A stretch of DNA of 64,000 nt. Origin: Lama guanicoe (Eukaryota). This document shows positions 48,330-61,575 of this stretch, in pieces. The notes beneath the pieces are model-generated. The model searched no databases. It was not told where the DNA came from and worked only from the letters and a program-made list of their open reading frames with translations. Both the position numbers and the translations under genes were made by a program. Numbering within the stretch: position 1 is the stretch's first letter; each line of letters starts with the position of its first letter. The stretch lies in NCBI GenBank assembly GCA_013239625.1, contig MU053561.1, positions 3,837,312 through 3,901,311 on the forward strand. The letters run 5' to 3'.

Positions 48330-50470
48330 AACGAGATGGTATTGATGGTTTATGCAGGGGATGATGTAATTCAACGTGTTTTGCAAAGATCACTCTGACT
48401 GCAGTAGTTCTGGAATGCTGTACCACATCCCCGTTAGAATGGCATGGCATTTGAACCTGAGGGTTACAACGGAAGCATGGTCTAGGGTGGGTGGGCCTGG
48501 TGGAGATGGAGAAGATTGGACTGAATTGAGAGAAATTTAGGAAATAAAACTCACAGGACTTGGTAATTAATTAGATACAGGGAGTGAGGGGGAGAGAGGT
48601 TTCTGGATGCCTGGTGATACACAGGGTGCAATGGAAGAGAACCGCGACTCCAGGAGAAGAGGGTTGAGGAGATCGTGACCAGCAAGCAAAAAAGAGTCTA
48701 CACAGGGGACCCGACGGGAGTGGCCAGAGAAAACCAGTAGGTGTCCCTGATGCCACAGGACAGTGATGAGCATATGGTTGGTGTGGTTGCTAAGTCAGGT
48801 AAGACTCTGGGTACCAAGTGGATGTGCAGCCATGGGTGCTTTTAGTAGGGGCTGATGAGTGAAGCAAAGGCACAGAAGTCGGGGCATGAACCGAGCAGTG
48901 ATGGAAGGAGGGCAGGAGAGGAAGCAGCATCATATAGGCAGCTATTTTGTGACACTGGGCTGTGAAGAAGAGGAAAGAGGGTGAAAGGTGGAGGGTAATT
49001 AGGACCAAGTGAGAGGTCTTCTCTTCCTCCCTCCCTCCCTCCCTCCCTTTTTTCTCTCCCTCTTCCCCTTCTTTTCCCCTTCCTTCCTTCCTTCCTTCCT
49101 TCCTTCCTTCCTTCCTTCCCAATGATGGGAGGAAGCTGAATATATTTAAAGACAGAAAGGACTCAGTAAAGAGGAAGGGCTAATCAATACAGTAAGATTC
49201 CTGAGACAAGCTAGGGCCAGCAGCAACACCCCCACACACAACCCCGGAACAGCCGAAAGGGAGGCGGGAAGTGTGCTGCGGTGGTAGTTTATTTGCTCAG
49301 TATTGGGAACTGAGGGACTTCCTATGTGGAAACCGTTACCGTCTCTAACAAGTAGGAAGCAAAGACTTCTGCTGAGAGTTTGGGATGTGAGGTGTGAGGA
49401 AAATGGAGAAAGTGTGAAATAATTGTAGCAAATGGAAAGGAGCTGACCCGGGAAACCAAGAGGATGAAATCATGGCTTCCTAGGGAGCCAGTCTGCCCTG
49501 TTCCCTGATGCCCCCTCCCACCACCAGTGTACTCGGCTGCTTGGATACAAATGCAGAGAAAGCACGTGGTTGGATTCATTCCAGGGCTGGGGTTTTGCTA
49601 GATCTGATTAAGGATGGAAGACAAAGGGGTTTGAGGTATTGGCAAAAAAAAAAAAATGTTATTGGATGACAGACTGCGGAATATAAGCTGGATATCAAAG
49701 AGAAGGCAAGACAGGACGGGATGGGTGAACTGAAAGAAAACAGAGAGGACAGGTGAGAAGAGTGGGCAGTTTGGTGCGAATAGCTGAGCCGTTAAAGCTG
49801 GAAGGCAGGGAGCTGGTGGAGAGTGGGATGTTTGAGTTAGTCTTTTTGAAGGTGGAGCAGTAACAGATGATGACAAAGCCCACAGCAGGACGTGGGAGTG
49901 GGTGGCTGAAGTGGAGTGAGGGGAAGGTCACTGACAGGAGGGCAGTCAAAGAACTGAGGGGTCAGGGTGCTGGCTGGGTCAACATCTGAGTGGATGGTGG
50001 TCCTTCTGGGATGACTGTGGGAAGCTTGGGCTGGAGGAAGTCTGTAAGTCAGAATCAGGATCCAAAGTCTTTGATTCATGATGTGGTGAGAACTGGAACC
50101 CAATCATGACAGTAGTGAGTGGATGGACAGGGTCTGAGGTAAAAAAAAACATGAACTTGAAAGGAGGGTCTTCTCCCAATGTCACATCGGCCCTGGGATG
50201 TGAGGGGAGTGGACATGTCCCTATGACCCAAGAGGAAACCAAGTCCTGAGAGGTTGAGTAATATATCCTAATTCGAGGTGGTGGGTGTCCTGCCCCAGAA
50301 TCTCACTTCTCTCCACGGTGAGGTCACCTGCTGGTCGAGAGTCAGTCATGAACCTCAGGAGAATGATGTCCTCTCCTTCCCACCAGCAGACCTGCCAAGA
50401 TGGTGGCCTGTCATGGCCAGTGGGGGAGTCTGATGACCACCTTTCCTCTTCTTCTCCTCCCTCCAAACCC
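48330..50470 (-). mobile_element. Long L2 remnant extending into the endonuclease domain
   Basis: Minus-strand peptides YRLPP..., TIHSDVDPASTLTPQFFD and NPTTCFLCICIQAAE resemble L2 ORF2; purine-rich plus strand typical of antisense L2; interrupted by (TTCC)n at about 49020-49120. Confidence 0.7.
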
Positions 50471-50919
50471 TAGAGCTGAGGGAGCAAGGAGCAGAGAGGG
50501 AGCAGGTGTGCAGGGGTGGTGGGGAGACGGGGAGGCCCGGGGGCTGCATTAGAATGTGAGTGACGCCAGACCTCGTGTATGGACCACCTACAAAGGTCTG
50601 TGAAGTTCTTCGAATAATAATATTTTATTCTCTTGGCAGCCCTATTACCTGGGTACTCTCACCCCTACTGTTCAGGTGAGAAAGTTGAGGCTTCAGAGAG
50701 CTTAGAGGAGAACGAGCTGAGGGCTCCACCTCGTGACTCCGGGCCCCCTTCTGTGGCTGTGGGTGTCAGAAACAACTGGCAGAGCCAACGGGATTCACAA
50801 GAGAGGGGTGCTGAGCTGGGGCTGTGCCATGAGGGGTGGTGCCAGCCCCAGGAGGAGATGCAGGACCCACACATATATTTTGTGTCAAGAGTCATGGCTC
50901 CTCTGCGATAAAGGCAGCT

Positions 50920-52020
50920 TCTGCTTTGTTTTCTTGAGTTTCTTTTATTTTATCTCCTGATGTCTTTTTGTTATACTTCCTAAGAAATCTCCTTAACTTT
51001 GTTTTCCAACACTTTTATTACTTTCCAGCATTTTTGCTCCCATATTTTTAACTTCAAAGGCCCTTTCTGACTCTCTGATGGTTCCTGTTTTTATTGCACC
51101 CACTACTTGTTTTATGGATGCAAAGCTTCCTCCTGTCCCCCTGGAGGAGATGGATGATAGAGGAATTTTTTTTTAAACGTTCTCTCTGCAGCTTCCATTG
51201 TCTCTTTTTTGTGTGTGCCTGTTTGCTTTGGTCTCTTCTTCCAAACTGGAGGCTTCCATTAAACTCCTGTGACTCTGGGCTCTCCTCTCCATTCATGGTG
51301 GAGAAGCCATTGGAAGGGCTGAGAAGCTCAGTGCTCATGGGCAGGGCTCATGGGCTGGTAGCACCAAGTACCCCAGAGAAGAAGTTCTGAGTTAGCTTTC
51401 TCCAGGGCACCCTCCAACATCCGTATCTGGAGGTCTTTTCTTTGAGCTCCCTATCTCCCATCTGGGGAGAAGATACCTTCCTGCCTCCTTCCTGGAGGCA
51501 GAGATGGGGCAGGAGTTGAAGGCTCAGCAGTCCGTACATGGACTTGCACATGGTCCCTCTTTTTTCAGCCACTGTCTTTACTCCCACCCTCACTATGTTG
51601 GGCGCGTCTCCACTGGACACGACTAGAGTGTCTCTACGGCAGCTTCCTAGAGGGGGAGCTTCAGGCCTCTACCCAGGGGGGGCAGCATGACCGCCTGGCG
51701 GTGTCTGCTGGGGAGAGGGCATGCAGGAGGTCTAACTGCTTCATGACAGATTCTCAGACAGTCTCCCTGTTCCCAGTCCAGGCCCCATCCCTACCAGACA
51801 CATTCCAGTCCGGGGACCTGGTCCTGGGGTGAATGCAGCATGTTCCCACCACATAACCCTTTGCTGGCTTTGTTCACTAAGCACCCCCTCTAATTTCCAT
51901 CTTCAAAATCTGGTTGTCATTTTTCATCAGCTGTGATTTCCTCCCCCTTCGCTGTCTCTTTGAGGGTTTGTACCTTTCTTGTTCCTTTGCTGTCTTTAAG
52001 GGGGCTTAGGAAGAGAACAG
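50920..52020 (-). mobile_element. HAL1/old L1 5'-region-like remnant
   Basis: catatttttaacttcaaag...cttgttttatggatgcaa, typical of the HAL1/L1ME ORF1 region in antisense. Confidence 0.55.
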
Positions 52021-52589
52021 ACATAAATGTGTCAAAAGGGGTACTTGGTAACATTTTATGAAGGTAATATGTTGAAGGAAGTGTTGTGAAGACCATATTG
52101 GACAGACATTAGAGAAACCACAGGAAAGCAGGACCTATAAAGGTGTGACGATGGGGGCTATTTGTCCTGTCCCGACTCCCCTACACCAAGAGGAAGCCCT
52201 GCCCAGGATTCCTGGCTCTAAGCCACTCACGGAACCACACTGGGCCATGTTGTGTTTTAAAATGGAAGGTGTGGGGTGGAAGGAGGCACTAAAGGGGACA
52301 AAGGGCACACTAGCTCTCCTCGGACTCCCGCGCCTCACCTCCCTGCGACCACCCCTGCAGATGGAGGGAGAAGGCGGCGGGGAGTGGGCCAGGGCCGAGG
52401 GGGCACGAGCTCCACACCTGGCTCCTGGTGAGGTTCGAGGGGAGGACAAACTGCTCTGGGGACTGGTGGCTTCCCCTCTGTTTTCACCAAGGGAGTGTGG
52501 AGAGGGGTGAGATTAGACTTACGTTGACCAGCAGCTCTGCCTCCCAAGACAGCTCATTCAAGAGAAGGGTTGGCTCTGCTTAGAGAGAC

Positions 52590-52810
52590 TGTAGTGCGTG
52601 GGAAGATTACAGTGTTTGGAGTTGGAAGGTGGGAGTCCAACTCTTGGCTCTGTAACTTTCCAGCAATGTGACCTGCAGCACACTGCTCAACCTCTCTGAG
52701 CCTCAGTTTTCTCTTCTATACAACGGGCTTAATGTGTCCACCTCATACAGTTGTTGTGAAGGTGAAATGAGGCAGCCCTGTGCGTGGCACACTGTTGACA
52801 CTCAAAAATG
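52590..52810 (+). mobile_element. MIR
   Basis: ctcaacctctctgagcctcagttttctc...cctcatacagttgttgtgaag. Confidence 0.8.
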
Positions 52811-53873
52811 GCCTGTTAAGACATTAAGCATGGTACTGGAATCACTCCCTGCATCCTGACCCCCTCTGTTCCTCCTACTCATATTCCTTTCCATAGCTGC
52901 GTAAGACCGGCCCACTACTATTGTAACAGATTCTCCCAAAGGGGTGGTACCTGGGAAACGAGCCTTCCCCCATCAAGGGCTACCCGGCCCTCCTGGGCCC
53001 TCACACCACGGACACTATCTGGAGATTCTGGGAAGAAGTGGGTCTGGGTTTGGGGCCCTCTAAGTTTGGCCGGCTCAGAATGGATCTGGAGTGAGGGATG
53101 GGTGTCCCTGGGGCAAGTGATGTTTCTACCCTTCACATCTTCCAACATGCCCTGCACCTTCCTTCCAATCGGGACAGCAGGTCTGAGTCATGAGGCAGGA
53201 AGGCTCCTTTTGTCCACAGATATTCCCATCTCTTCCCAAGGGCTGATAACTGCAAAGCCCAGTGTCTTGCAAGGAGCAGTCCAGGGCCAAGAAGCATGAA
53301 GCAGGTGGACATGCTCCCTCCCGGCTGTCTGCTGAAGCAGCGCCTCCACATGGTTAGATCCTGGAGGGCCCTTGGGCTGCAGTGGGAGCTGACAGGGCCT
53401 GAAATGTAGCTGGAGGAGCCTGCACCACATGCAGGGTCCCGCAGGGGCCTGGCCATGGACACACGCATGGTTTCTCCTACTTATCCTCACTCCCACATAT
53501 ACAGGCCTGATTCTTCTACCAGAAAACATATCCCACTCCCCTACCCAAAGGAGCATGCATGCGCACGCACACACACACATACACACACACACACCTCCTA
53601 TCTGCCTAAACTTGTGAGGCAGGGGCAGAGAGGATCATAGGGCTCTTTGTAAAACTAGGCTGGCTAAGAGCAGAGTTCAGAGATGCTTTGACCTCTTTCC
53701 ACCCACAGTTAGCATCAGAGAAAAGAGTGGTCCTGGGGCTAGGAGAACGGCTCACTTCATAGAATAGGTGTTGAATTTGTGACTCTACCCAGAGGTAGAG
53801 AGACATACTCCAGGCTGCTTGGGGATGAAGTACCCTCTCCAAAATCAACATCATCACCCGTGTTGTCTCATGC

Positions 53874-54466
53874 TGTTACCCAACTCAGGTTTGCCTGATA
53901 ATAAGCCAATAATCAAGAAGCAAGTGTCAGTAGAAAGAAAAGCCAATAATCAAAAAGCCAACAATCAAGAGGTTAGTGTCAATAGAAAGGAAAGGTGCTT
54001 TAATCAGAAAAGCCAGCAATATGGGGAAAAGGTGGACTCGTGTCCAGAAACCAACTCTGAAGATTCTGCTCTGCCGTGACAGTTTTTCAAGGGAAAAAGC
54101 AGGGTGGAGAAGACTCTCAGTGAATCACTGAGGCAGGAGGTTGGGTTCTGCATCACTCTCCATTGCATGCAAGCTGTCTGATCTTTAGATGTTTTCTTGC
54201 CTGCGTGACCTGCCGGCAGGACAGTTAAGGGGGCTTTTAGGGGATAAGAGAGCTAGTCAGTCTTTAACTACTTAATTCTTTATTCTTACTTCTTCTAATC
54301 CAAGAAAAGAATCAACAGTTTAGGCAAGGCATGGTGCGCATTCAGGAGAGCGTAAGTCAAGAGTTAGGTTAAATTGCCTATGGTCTCATTTTCATAATTA
54401 GGTTCTTTTGAGGTTGGAGGAGAACAGAAATGGGCAGACATGAAAGGGGAAAAAGAGATGCTTTCA
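53874..54466 (-). mobile_element. ERV1 solo LTR with perfect 4-bp TSD
   Basis: atgc|tgttacccaactcagg ... gatgctttca|atgc; homologous at one end to 17192-17504. Confidence 0.88.
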
Positions 54467-57437
54467 ATGCTGTGACATGAGCTCACGGCATATGGATAAT
54501 GTGAGAGATCCTGAGGGCAGTTTCAAGGGTAGAGGTGGGGGCGGGGCCAGTCATCACATTCCCATGCCAGCCTATCTCATTGCCATAGCAACACAGCTCT
54601 GCCCTCATCCCTTGGAGTACTGGGTGGAACACTGTGGCATTTCACTCTTTGGTGGTGGGCCCCACAATCCCTCTGGGAAAGAACATTTCCATCCTGGACC
54701 AAGCAGGGTAGGAGTGGCCTGAGGCTGTCAAGTAGGGATGGGTTTTCTCATTTGAGGGGCAGAATGTGGATTTCCTGGGGTTTCCCTACTGACAAGCTCT
54801 GCTCTTTCCTACAGCAATTCCAACTCACCCAGCGGTTGGGCCCCTGGAAGTATCTCCATAAGGTGGCTGCCCTTTCTTGATCTCTGCCACAGCTGACTCT
54901 AATAAAAACCCTGCCATCTCGGAGAAGTGGCACAGTGCAGTGGGGGAGCCAGGTTCTGGTGTCAGGAGCCCTGGGAGCCAGTACCAGGATTGCCACTCAC
55001 TGGCTGTGTGTTTTGAGTTGTTTATCTTTCCCTGTACTCAGGATGCTCACCTATAAAAACAGGGCTAGCACATATCCATCTCCCTGGGTGGTTATGGGGA
55101 GGTGACACGTGCCACATAGTACACCATCTTGGGCTCCAAATGCAGGAGGGTAGATGGCTCAGCCCCTCTGCTGGTTTCTCTTGCATGTGGAGTGGGGCTT
55201 CAGTTCCCTGAGGCTGAGCACCCCAGCAGAGGTCCGACTGTGAGGGCAGAAGGACAGTTAAGCCTTGGTGGTAGGGGCAGCTTCTGGAGGGGGCTGGCAC
55301 CATCCTCCAGAGGACGCTGTCCAGCTGGCTGCCGAGTTCCTGGGACAGGGAAGGGTGTTACGGTGGTCTGCCCTCCTCCAGCCTAGACTGGTACTACTCA
55401 AAGTGTGGGCCGTGGCCCTTGCCCCAGACGCACGTTACCCTACAGTGGCAACACAAGTGCAGAGTTCAAAGGAGGACTTCAGGCCATTTTTTAGAAATTT
55501 GACATTGCTGAAACATCCAAGGGGGGGTTTCTCTTTAGTTATTCTTTTAAGATTTCAGCTTGCTAGTGATTCATTTTTATTGTATTTTTTGAAAAGAGTT
55601 GATCTGGAATGGATAGGGGGAAAAACACTTTTCCTTCATTCAGTTTGGGAACTACTGACCTTGATAACACCAAAGCCATTTTAAGATCAGCTCCAGGTCC
55701 AATTAAAGAGAGAAAGAGAAAAACCTCAGTGGGACTGACTGCAAAAATTAGCCACAAATCACACATTGGTGAGCTGGCAGAATTTCCATTGTACTGTGAG
55801 CTCCTTGGGGGCGGGTGGGGGACATGTTCATGTATCTTTGTTCTTTAGGGTGCTTGGGATGGTAACTTGCATATAATAGGGCCTCAGTAAATACTTGTGA
55901 AACATATAAAAGCTAGTGAAAAGCTTGCGGTAATAGAAATCAAGAGAGCAGAGCTGAGGCCACTGGGTCTTTGCCTACCTATGACCCAATTCTGTCTGGT
56001 TTCAGAACAATAATTGTCACCTCCCCCCCAATAAGCTATGTAGACACAACAAAGAGGATAAAGTACCCAGATCATCTTAAACCCCTGTCCTCCCCACTCC
56101 TAGGAAGTTTCTTCCCTTCGCGATGAGAGTTTACGAGGCCAATCAGAAAGGCACTTCACCTACGAGGCTGAATAAGTGAACTATAATTTTTGACAGTTTC
56201 GATGTGCAAGCTGATCTGAGTAGACAAGGACCCCAGCCAATTGTGGCAGGAGATCAGTGGAAATGAGGCCGGTGTGAGTACGTGTGCTGGGGGTGGCAGG
56301 GTGGGCTGTGAGCCCTGCTCCCCAGGGCCCTTGCGCACTTTGGAGAAGAGGAGTGTGACATGGTCCAGAATTCATGAAAATTCACCTGGGGGGGTCCTTC
56401 CCACACCCTCCCCTGCCCGGGATCTTTGATTATGATCTAAGTTGGATTTCAAGTGGAATAAACCCCTAGCATGAGAAACCTAAAGCCTTTCGCCCGTGTC
56501 TAAGCTGCTCTTATTTCTCTCATCTGATCTCCTCATTTGTTTGGTGTGCCTGGTCTGACATTAGTGTCTGAAGGATGAGTTGCTGCAGACACTCACTCCT
56601 CTTTAAAGAGAAAACTTGGAGCAATATGAACAAGAGGTATGGAGTAGGAGATACCTGTGCCAGTCCAGGAGGCAGGGCTTGGTGCTGCGTATGCAGAGAT
56701 GAGTAACCCACTCCCTGCCCTGCGTGTCTCATCACTCAGCTCACACTTGTAGCCAAATGACGCATGAGTGACCTGGAGGGAGGAGCTCCCGAGGAGGTGG
56801 CGTGTGGCAGAATTCTGAAGGTTGAGGATTCTGCCAGGTGGAGTGGGGAAGAAGGACCCCATAGGTAGGGGCAGATAACACATAGGTGGGGGACTGGTGA
56901 GGTGTATGCAATTTCCCAGGGAATGGTGACCTGCCCAGGGTGTTGAGTGGAGACCCGGGCACTGGCAATGCCGCTCAGTGTGGACTGAGCACCAATATCA
57001 CCAGAATCACCTGGGGGGCTTGCTATGAATGCAGGTTCTAGATCACTCTAGAGGTTGAGAGCCACAGTCAAGGGCTTACGTCTGTTCCCAGCCTCACCTC
57101 CAACTAGCTGGGGCTGGCGGGGAGCAGACTGGGGCTGTGGACCTGAGAAGCACCCGGGGCTGCACGGAGCAGGACTCATTATTATCACACCCTCCTCAAA
57201 CTGCACTAAAAGAACTCAGATAACACAGATGTCCAGACGACAAGTGATCAGTATATGGCTCTGAGACCCCCGCCCCAGCCTGCAGGTGCTTTGGCACAGT
57301 GAGGGACTGAAATCCACTTAACCATAATGTTACGCAAACACACTTGATTATCTGAAAATCTGTGGTTAACACAGGACCGACCGGTTATTTCCAGGCTCCT
57401 TCTTGGGAAATTTGACAAGTTAATCTAGCATATTCAC

Positions 57438-57532
57438 AGCTGTGCTGTCCAGTAGAGTAACCACTAGCTTACACATAGCTGTTTAAATAGAACATTTTCA
57501 TCATCACAGGGAGCTCTATGGGATATCACTTG
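57438..57532. mobile_element. MER3/MER33-like hAT fragment
   Basis: tgtgctgtccagtagagtaaccactagc...tagaacattttcatcatcacag. Confidence 0.6.
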
Positions 57533-59309
57533 GGAGAAAACAAATTCTATTCTTACACGTGTTACTCAGAAATTTGACACTGGGTCTCTTTTGTGTGCTG
57601 GACAAATGTCAGCCCCGAATGGCAAAGCTCGAGCTTTGTGTCAGGTACCTGGACAGCCAGTCTACCTGGCTGGTCAGTTTGGTGGGGGAAAGAAATGAAA
57701 CTGGTTAGTAAACACCATCTGTTCCAGTGGTGACATCTCGACCTTATGAAAAGATTCCCTTTTCAGCTACCCAGTCATTCTCCAAACATTTGTGGGGTAC
57801 CTGTTATGTCTCAGCACCATGTCTAGACGCTGGGGATGCAGCAGTGACAGGACAGATGTGGTTCTGATCCTCGTGGAACTTGCAGTCCGTGTGGTCGAGT
57901 GCTGACATCACCAGTGAAGCATCATGCATGACCGAAGTGGCTTCAGATTTCTCACCCACAACTGCCTGGGATTTTCATTAAAAAGATACAGTAAAAAAAA
58001 TTCTAAAGACCTCAAATCATGTTTCACAGTGAGCAATGTACCACTCTACCCCTAAAATGTCCTAGGCTTTTTTTACAGGGCTCTGAAACCCAGCTGGCAA
58101 GCCAGAGCCATCTGGACACGTTTAGAACAATGGAGGTGAGAGAGGGGTGCTCGAGGCAGCTTGGGAGGGTCCCCCAGAGGGAACTCCGGGAGCAGCAGGC
58201 ATAAACAAACTCCGAGTGGCTGGTGAAATGATTTGGCTGTAGAAGCTAATGCACTGAGGTTCAAAGCTTTGAAGAGAGCCTGCAGGACAATAATAACAAA
58301 CGACTTTGATTTAATTACGGACCTCAGGCTTTCTAACCGACTTTTGAGGGAGACAGCGCTTCTGAGATCCAAATCTGGCAAGATTTTGCCATAGGTGATT
58401 TTTTTTTCATTTTATTTTACAGATTGACATTTTTGTGAGACTCAGGAAATAAACAAGCCCTTTGAAATCAAGAATGTGTGTGTACGTGCGTGTGCACATG
58501 TGTGTGGCACCCCAATTTTCTCATTTCAGAATAGCCTAGTTTGGGCTCGATTATCACGTGTGTCTCAAATCACCACTAAATGTCTCTTCGAGTGCCACTC
58601 ATCTGCTCCCAGAAAAATGTAGAAGGAGGTCGATTGTGAAGTGTTTTATGAGAAACAGAGAAATCCTTTGGGGAGGAGGAGAGAGCTCTTTTAGTTTATC
58701 TTTCAGGAGAGTATTTAAAGGACCGAGTGGTAAAGGCTGCAGTTACTGGCGCTGAGCACGGGCCCACTGTCACCAACATCGTCAGAGCTCTTCCTGAGCA
58801 CTTCTGGGGAACATGCTGTGTCAGTGCCCATCTGGCCGCAGGGGAAATCCAAAGGGAAGTAAGGAGACTTGACTTGGCCTCCACAGCTGGTTGACTTCCA
58901 GTGGCTCCAGGCACAGGTCAGGACTAGTAGGTGGGAGAGATTTACCCTCAGGGAGGGGATCAGGGAAGGCTTCTAGAAGGAGGGCCTTGGAGTGGGGCCT
59001 GGCCTTACAATCCTCAGCTGGCTCATGCCACCAGGGGAAGGACTTCAGACTCCATGAGCTTCTTCAGTCCTGTGGCATCACCCTGCACACTGAAAATTAT
59101 CCCTAAGCTTAACTTTGTTTTCTTCATTTCTTTCTCTCTCTCTCTCTCTTTTTTTTTTTTTTTGCAACTTAAAAGAATTGACTTGGAACAAGTGGGGATT
59201 TATAACAAAACTCTAAAATGACATTTGTTTCTCTGACAGATTTGAGATGTCTTTCTTGGGATGAAAATTTCATCCATAAGGTACATACTATAGGCCTGAG
59301 CTTGGGAAC

Positions 59310-59545
59310 CAGATACGTAGTGGTTACAAGTGCCGTTGGGTCAGAGAGGCCTCGGCTTAAATCCTGGCTCCTCTCCTGTGAAATCATGGGCCAGTTTCTG
59401 AACCACTCTGAGCCTTAGTTTACTCATCTGGAAAATGGTCATCAAAATGCCTGTCCTCTGAAATCTGTGCTTAGGATTCAGTGAGATACTTAGGTGAATT
59501 TCTCAGTACAACGTCAGGCGTGTAGGAAGTGCTTGGTCAATGTTG
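59310..59545 (+). mobile_element. MIR
   Basis: ttaaatcctggctc...aaccactctgagccttagtttactcatctggaaaatgg...taggaagtgct. Confidence 0.8.
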
Positions 59546-59732
59546 GCCAATGTCAGATGATCACCTGACATCTCAATTCATCTCGCTGTAACTGGCGTAC
59601 CCTGTCCTGTGGTCACTTACCAACGTCAGGCGTGTAGGAAGTGCTTGGTCAATGTTGGCCAATGTCAGATGATCACCTGACATCTCAATTCATCTCACTG
59701 TAACTGGCGTACCCTGTCCTGTGGTCACTTAC
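59509..59732. repeat. 112-bp tandem duplication (2 copies)
   Basis: caacgtcaggcg...ggtcacttac starts at 59509 and again at 59621; one substitution (tctcgctg/tctcactg). Confidence 0.95.
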
Positions 59733-60959
59733 AACTGGAACCCACTGTGGGAGGCAAAGTGTCGGGGGTAGGGGATAGCTGGGGTAAAAGGCTTTTTCAT
59801 GGAATTGTCTCAGTAAAAGTCTAAAGGGAGCTACTTTGTAGGAGGAATGTTCTGGCTTATCTTCTCAAACACACTCTTTCTAGGGAGCTCCACTGATGTG
59901 ATGGGGCCAGATCTGTGTCCTTCCTCTCCCCTCCCAAGTAGCCTGTGCTCATCTCAATTTAGCCCTTGTCACAGGTGCTGAAATAGCTTCTTGACAGATT
60001 GGTGTCCACTGTTTGAACAGGAGCCCCTTTAAGGACTGGGGCTCAATGTTATTAATCCAGCAGCAAGCCTAGAGCCTGGGACAAAGCTGGTGCACTATGT
60101 TTGTGAAAGGATGGATGGATGGATAGGTGGAGTTCAAATTGGAACAAGAGCCACGGTCAGGTACCAACCATCTGGATTCACTTTCAGCTCACTTAAGTGA
60201 CAGATAGGAGGCAAACTAAGAATATTTACTCAGCGTGTTATAAATTACTGTCTCAGAAGAGCTAGCAGCATTTCCTTAAGTGGGCAAATTTTTTAAAACC
60301 CAAAGAATTGTAAGGTTGAGCGTTAGCTTCATTCTCTCCGGGCTTTTGCCTTGGCTCATCCAGATTCTATATTTGGGTGATCAAGAGAAGTTCTCTAAAC
60401 TTATGGGGAATGATTCATTCTAGCTGCCTGTCCTCAACTGTTAGACCTGGAGCAGGGAGGAAAGGAGGATGTCTGGGAAAGGTTAGCTCAAGTTGGCTGT
60501 TAAACCAAGGGCAGAAGAAGGAAAACCTTTCAGAGTCAGGGAAAGTCACCAATTGATGAGTCTCCAAAGGAAGAAATGCCTTCATGGCCACGTGTTTATG
60601 TAAGCCCGTGTCAACACTTCCTGCTTCCCCCACTATGGTATGTGAGCTCATCAATGGCTGGTCACATACTGATTCACCCTGTGTAGTAACCAGCAACCAT
60701 TCATTCATTCATTCAACAAATACAGGGAAATTTCTGTGTGTAGTATAGAAGTCCAAAAGTACCATATTAGGTCACACAAACATATATCTTATTTTAAAGC
60801 TGACCTCAAGGAGCTTATGGTATAATAATGCAGATTACTAGATATACACATAATAGGTAGAAAATTAAAGGTTAAAAAGAGTCAAAGGGCCATGGGAGCC
60901 CAAGAGAGTGGGAAATCACTACTGGGAGTCAGTATATCAATGGGAGATTTTCGAAATGA

Positions 60960-61112
60960 GTAGGTTCAAATCCTGGAATTAACCATTTACTAACTGTATG
61001 ACCTACAATGAGGTACTGAATCTTTCTGGGTCTCAGGTTCTTCACTTGTTGGATTTTTGTGAGGGTTAAATGTGAAAATATGTGAACAACCTTAGCACAG
61101 AGCCTGACACAC
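60960..61112 (+). mobile_element. MIR
   Basis: ggttcaaatcctgg...ccatttactaactgtatgacct...cttagcacagagcctgacaca. Confidence 0.8.
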
Positions 61113-61194
61113 AGACCGAGGCCATGCTTCTCAGCTCAGCTCCATAGCCAGTGCATCTGCAGAGCTGTAAAGGTCACAGATGTCCAGGTGCAGA

Positions 61195-61575
61195 AGCCAG
61201 AGTTACTTGGGCATAAACATGAAACTTTGGCTAACATTAAGCAGGCAAGAAATGTATCAGGAAGACAGAGAATGCTCACAGGATTGAAGGAAAGCAAGAG
61301 AACCAGTCTTTGGAAAGGATGAGACCCTGGCAGTGGCTCTTGGGGTTCTGTCTGGGCATAATGGGCAGTTAAGTTTGGGGGGCAATGCATTTTCATTCCT
61401 GTTTCCTCTGCCCAGGATGTGGATCCTGGGAGCATCTGGATGACCTGCTTGGTCCCATGCTCAGACCTGCTCCATGCAGCATATGGGGAGGGGCATTGTT
61501 TCCCAAGGGAGAATGAGGTGCTTTCACCTGAACTGATCATGAGTGTTGGGCAAATTAGCAACCACAGTTGTTCAC
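61195..61575 (-). mobile_element. Old MLT1-like LTR
   Basis: aactttggctaacattaagcaggcaagaaatgtat...ttcccaagggagaat, MLT1-like in antisense. Confidence 0.5.

Noticed and set aside
52300..52450. CpG-island promoter
   Set aside because: Only about 150 bp with a few CpGs; too short, with no linked exon.
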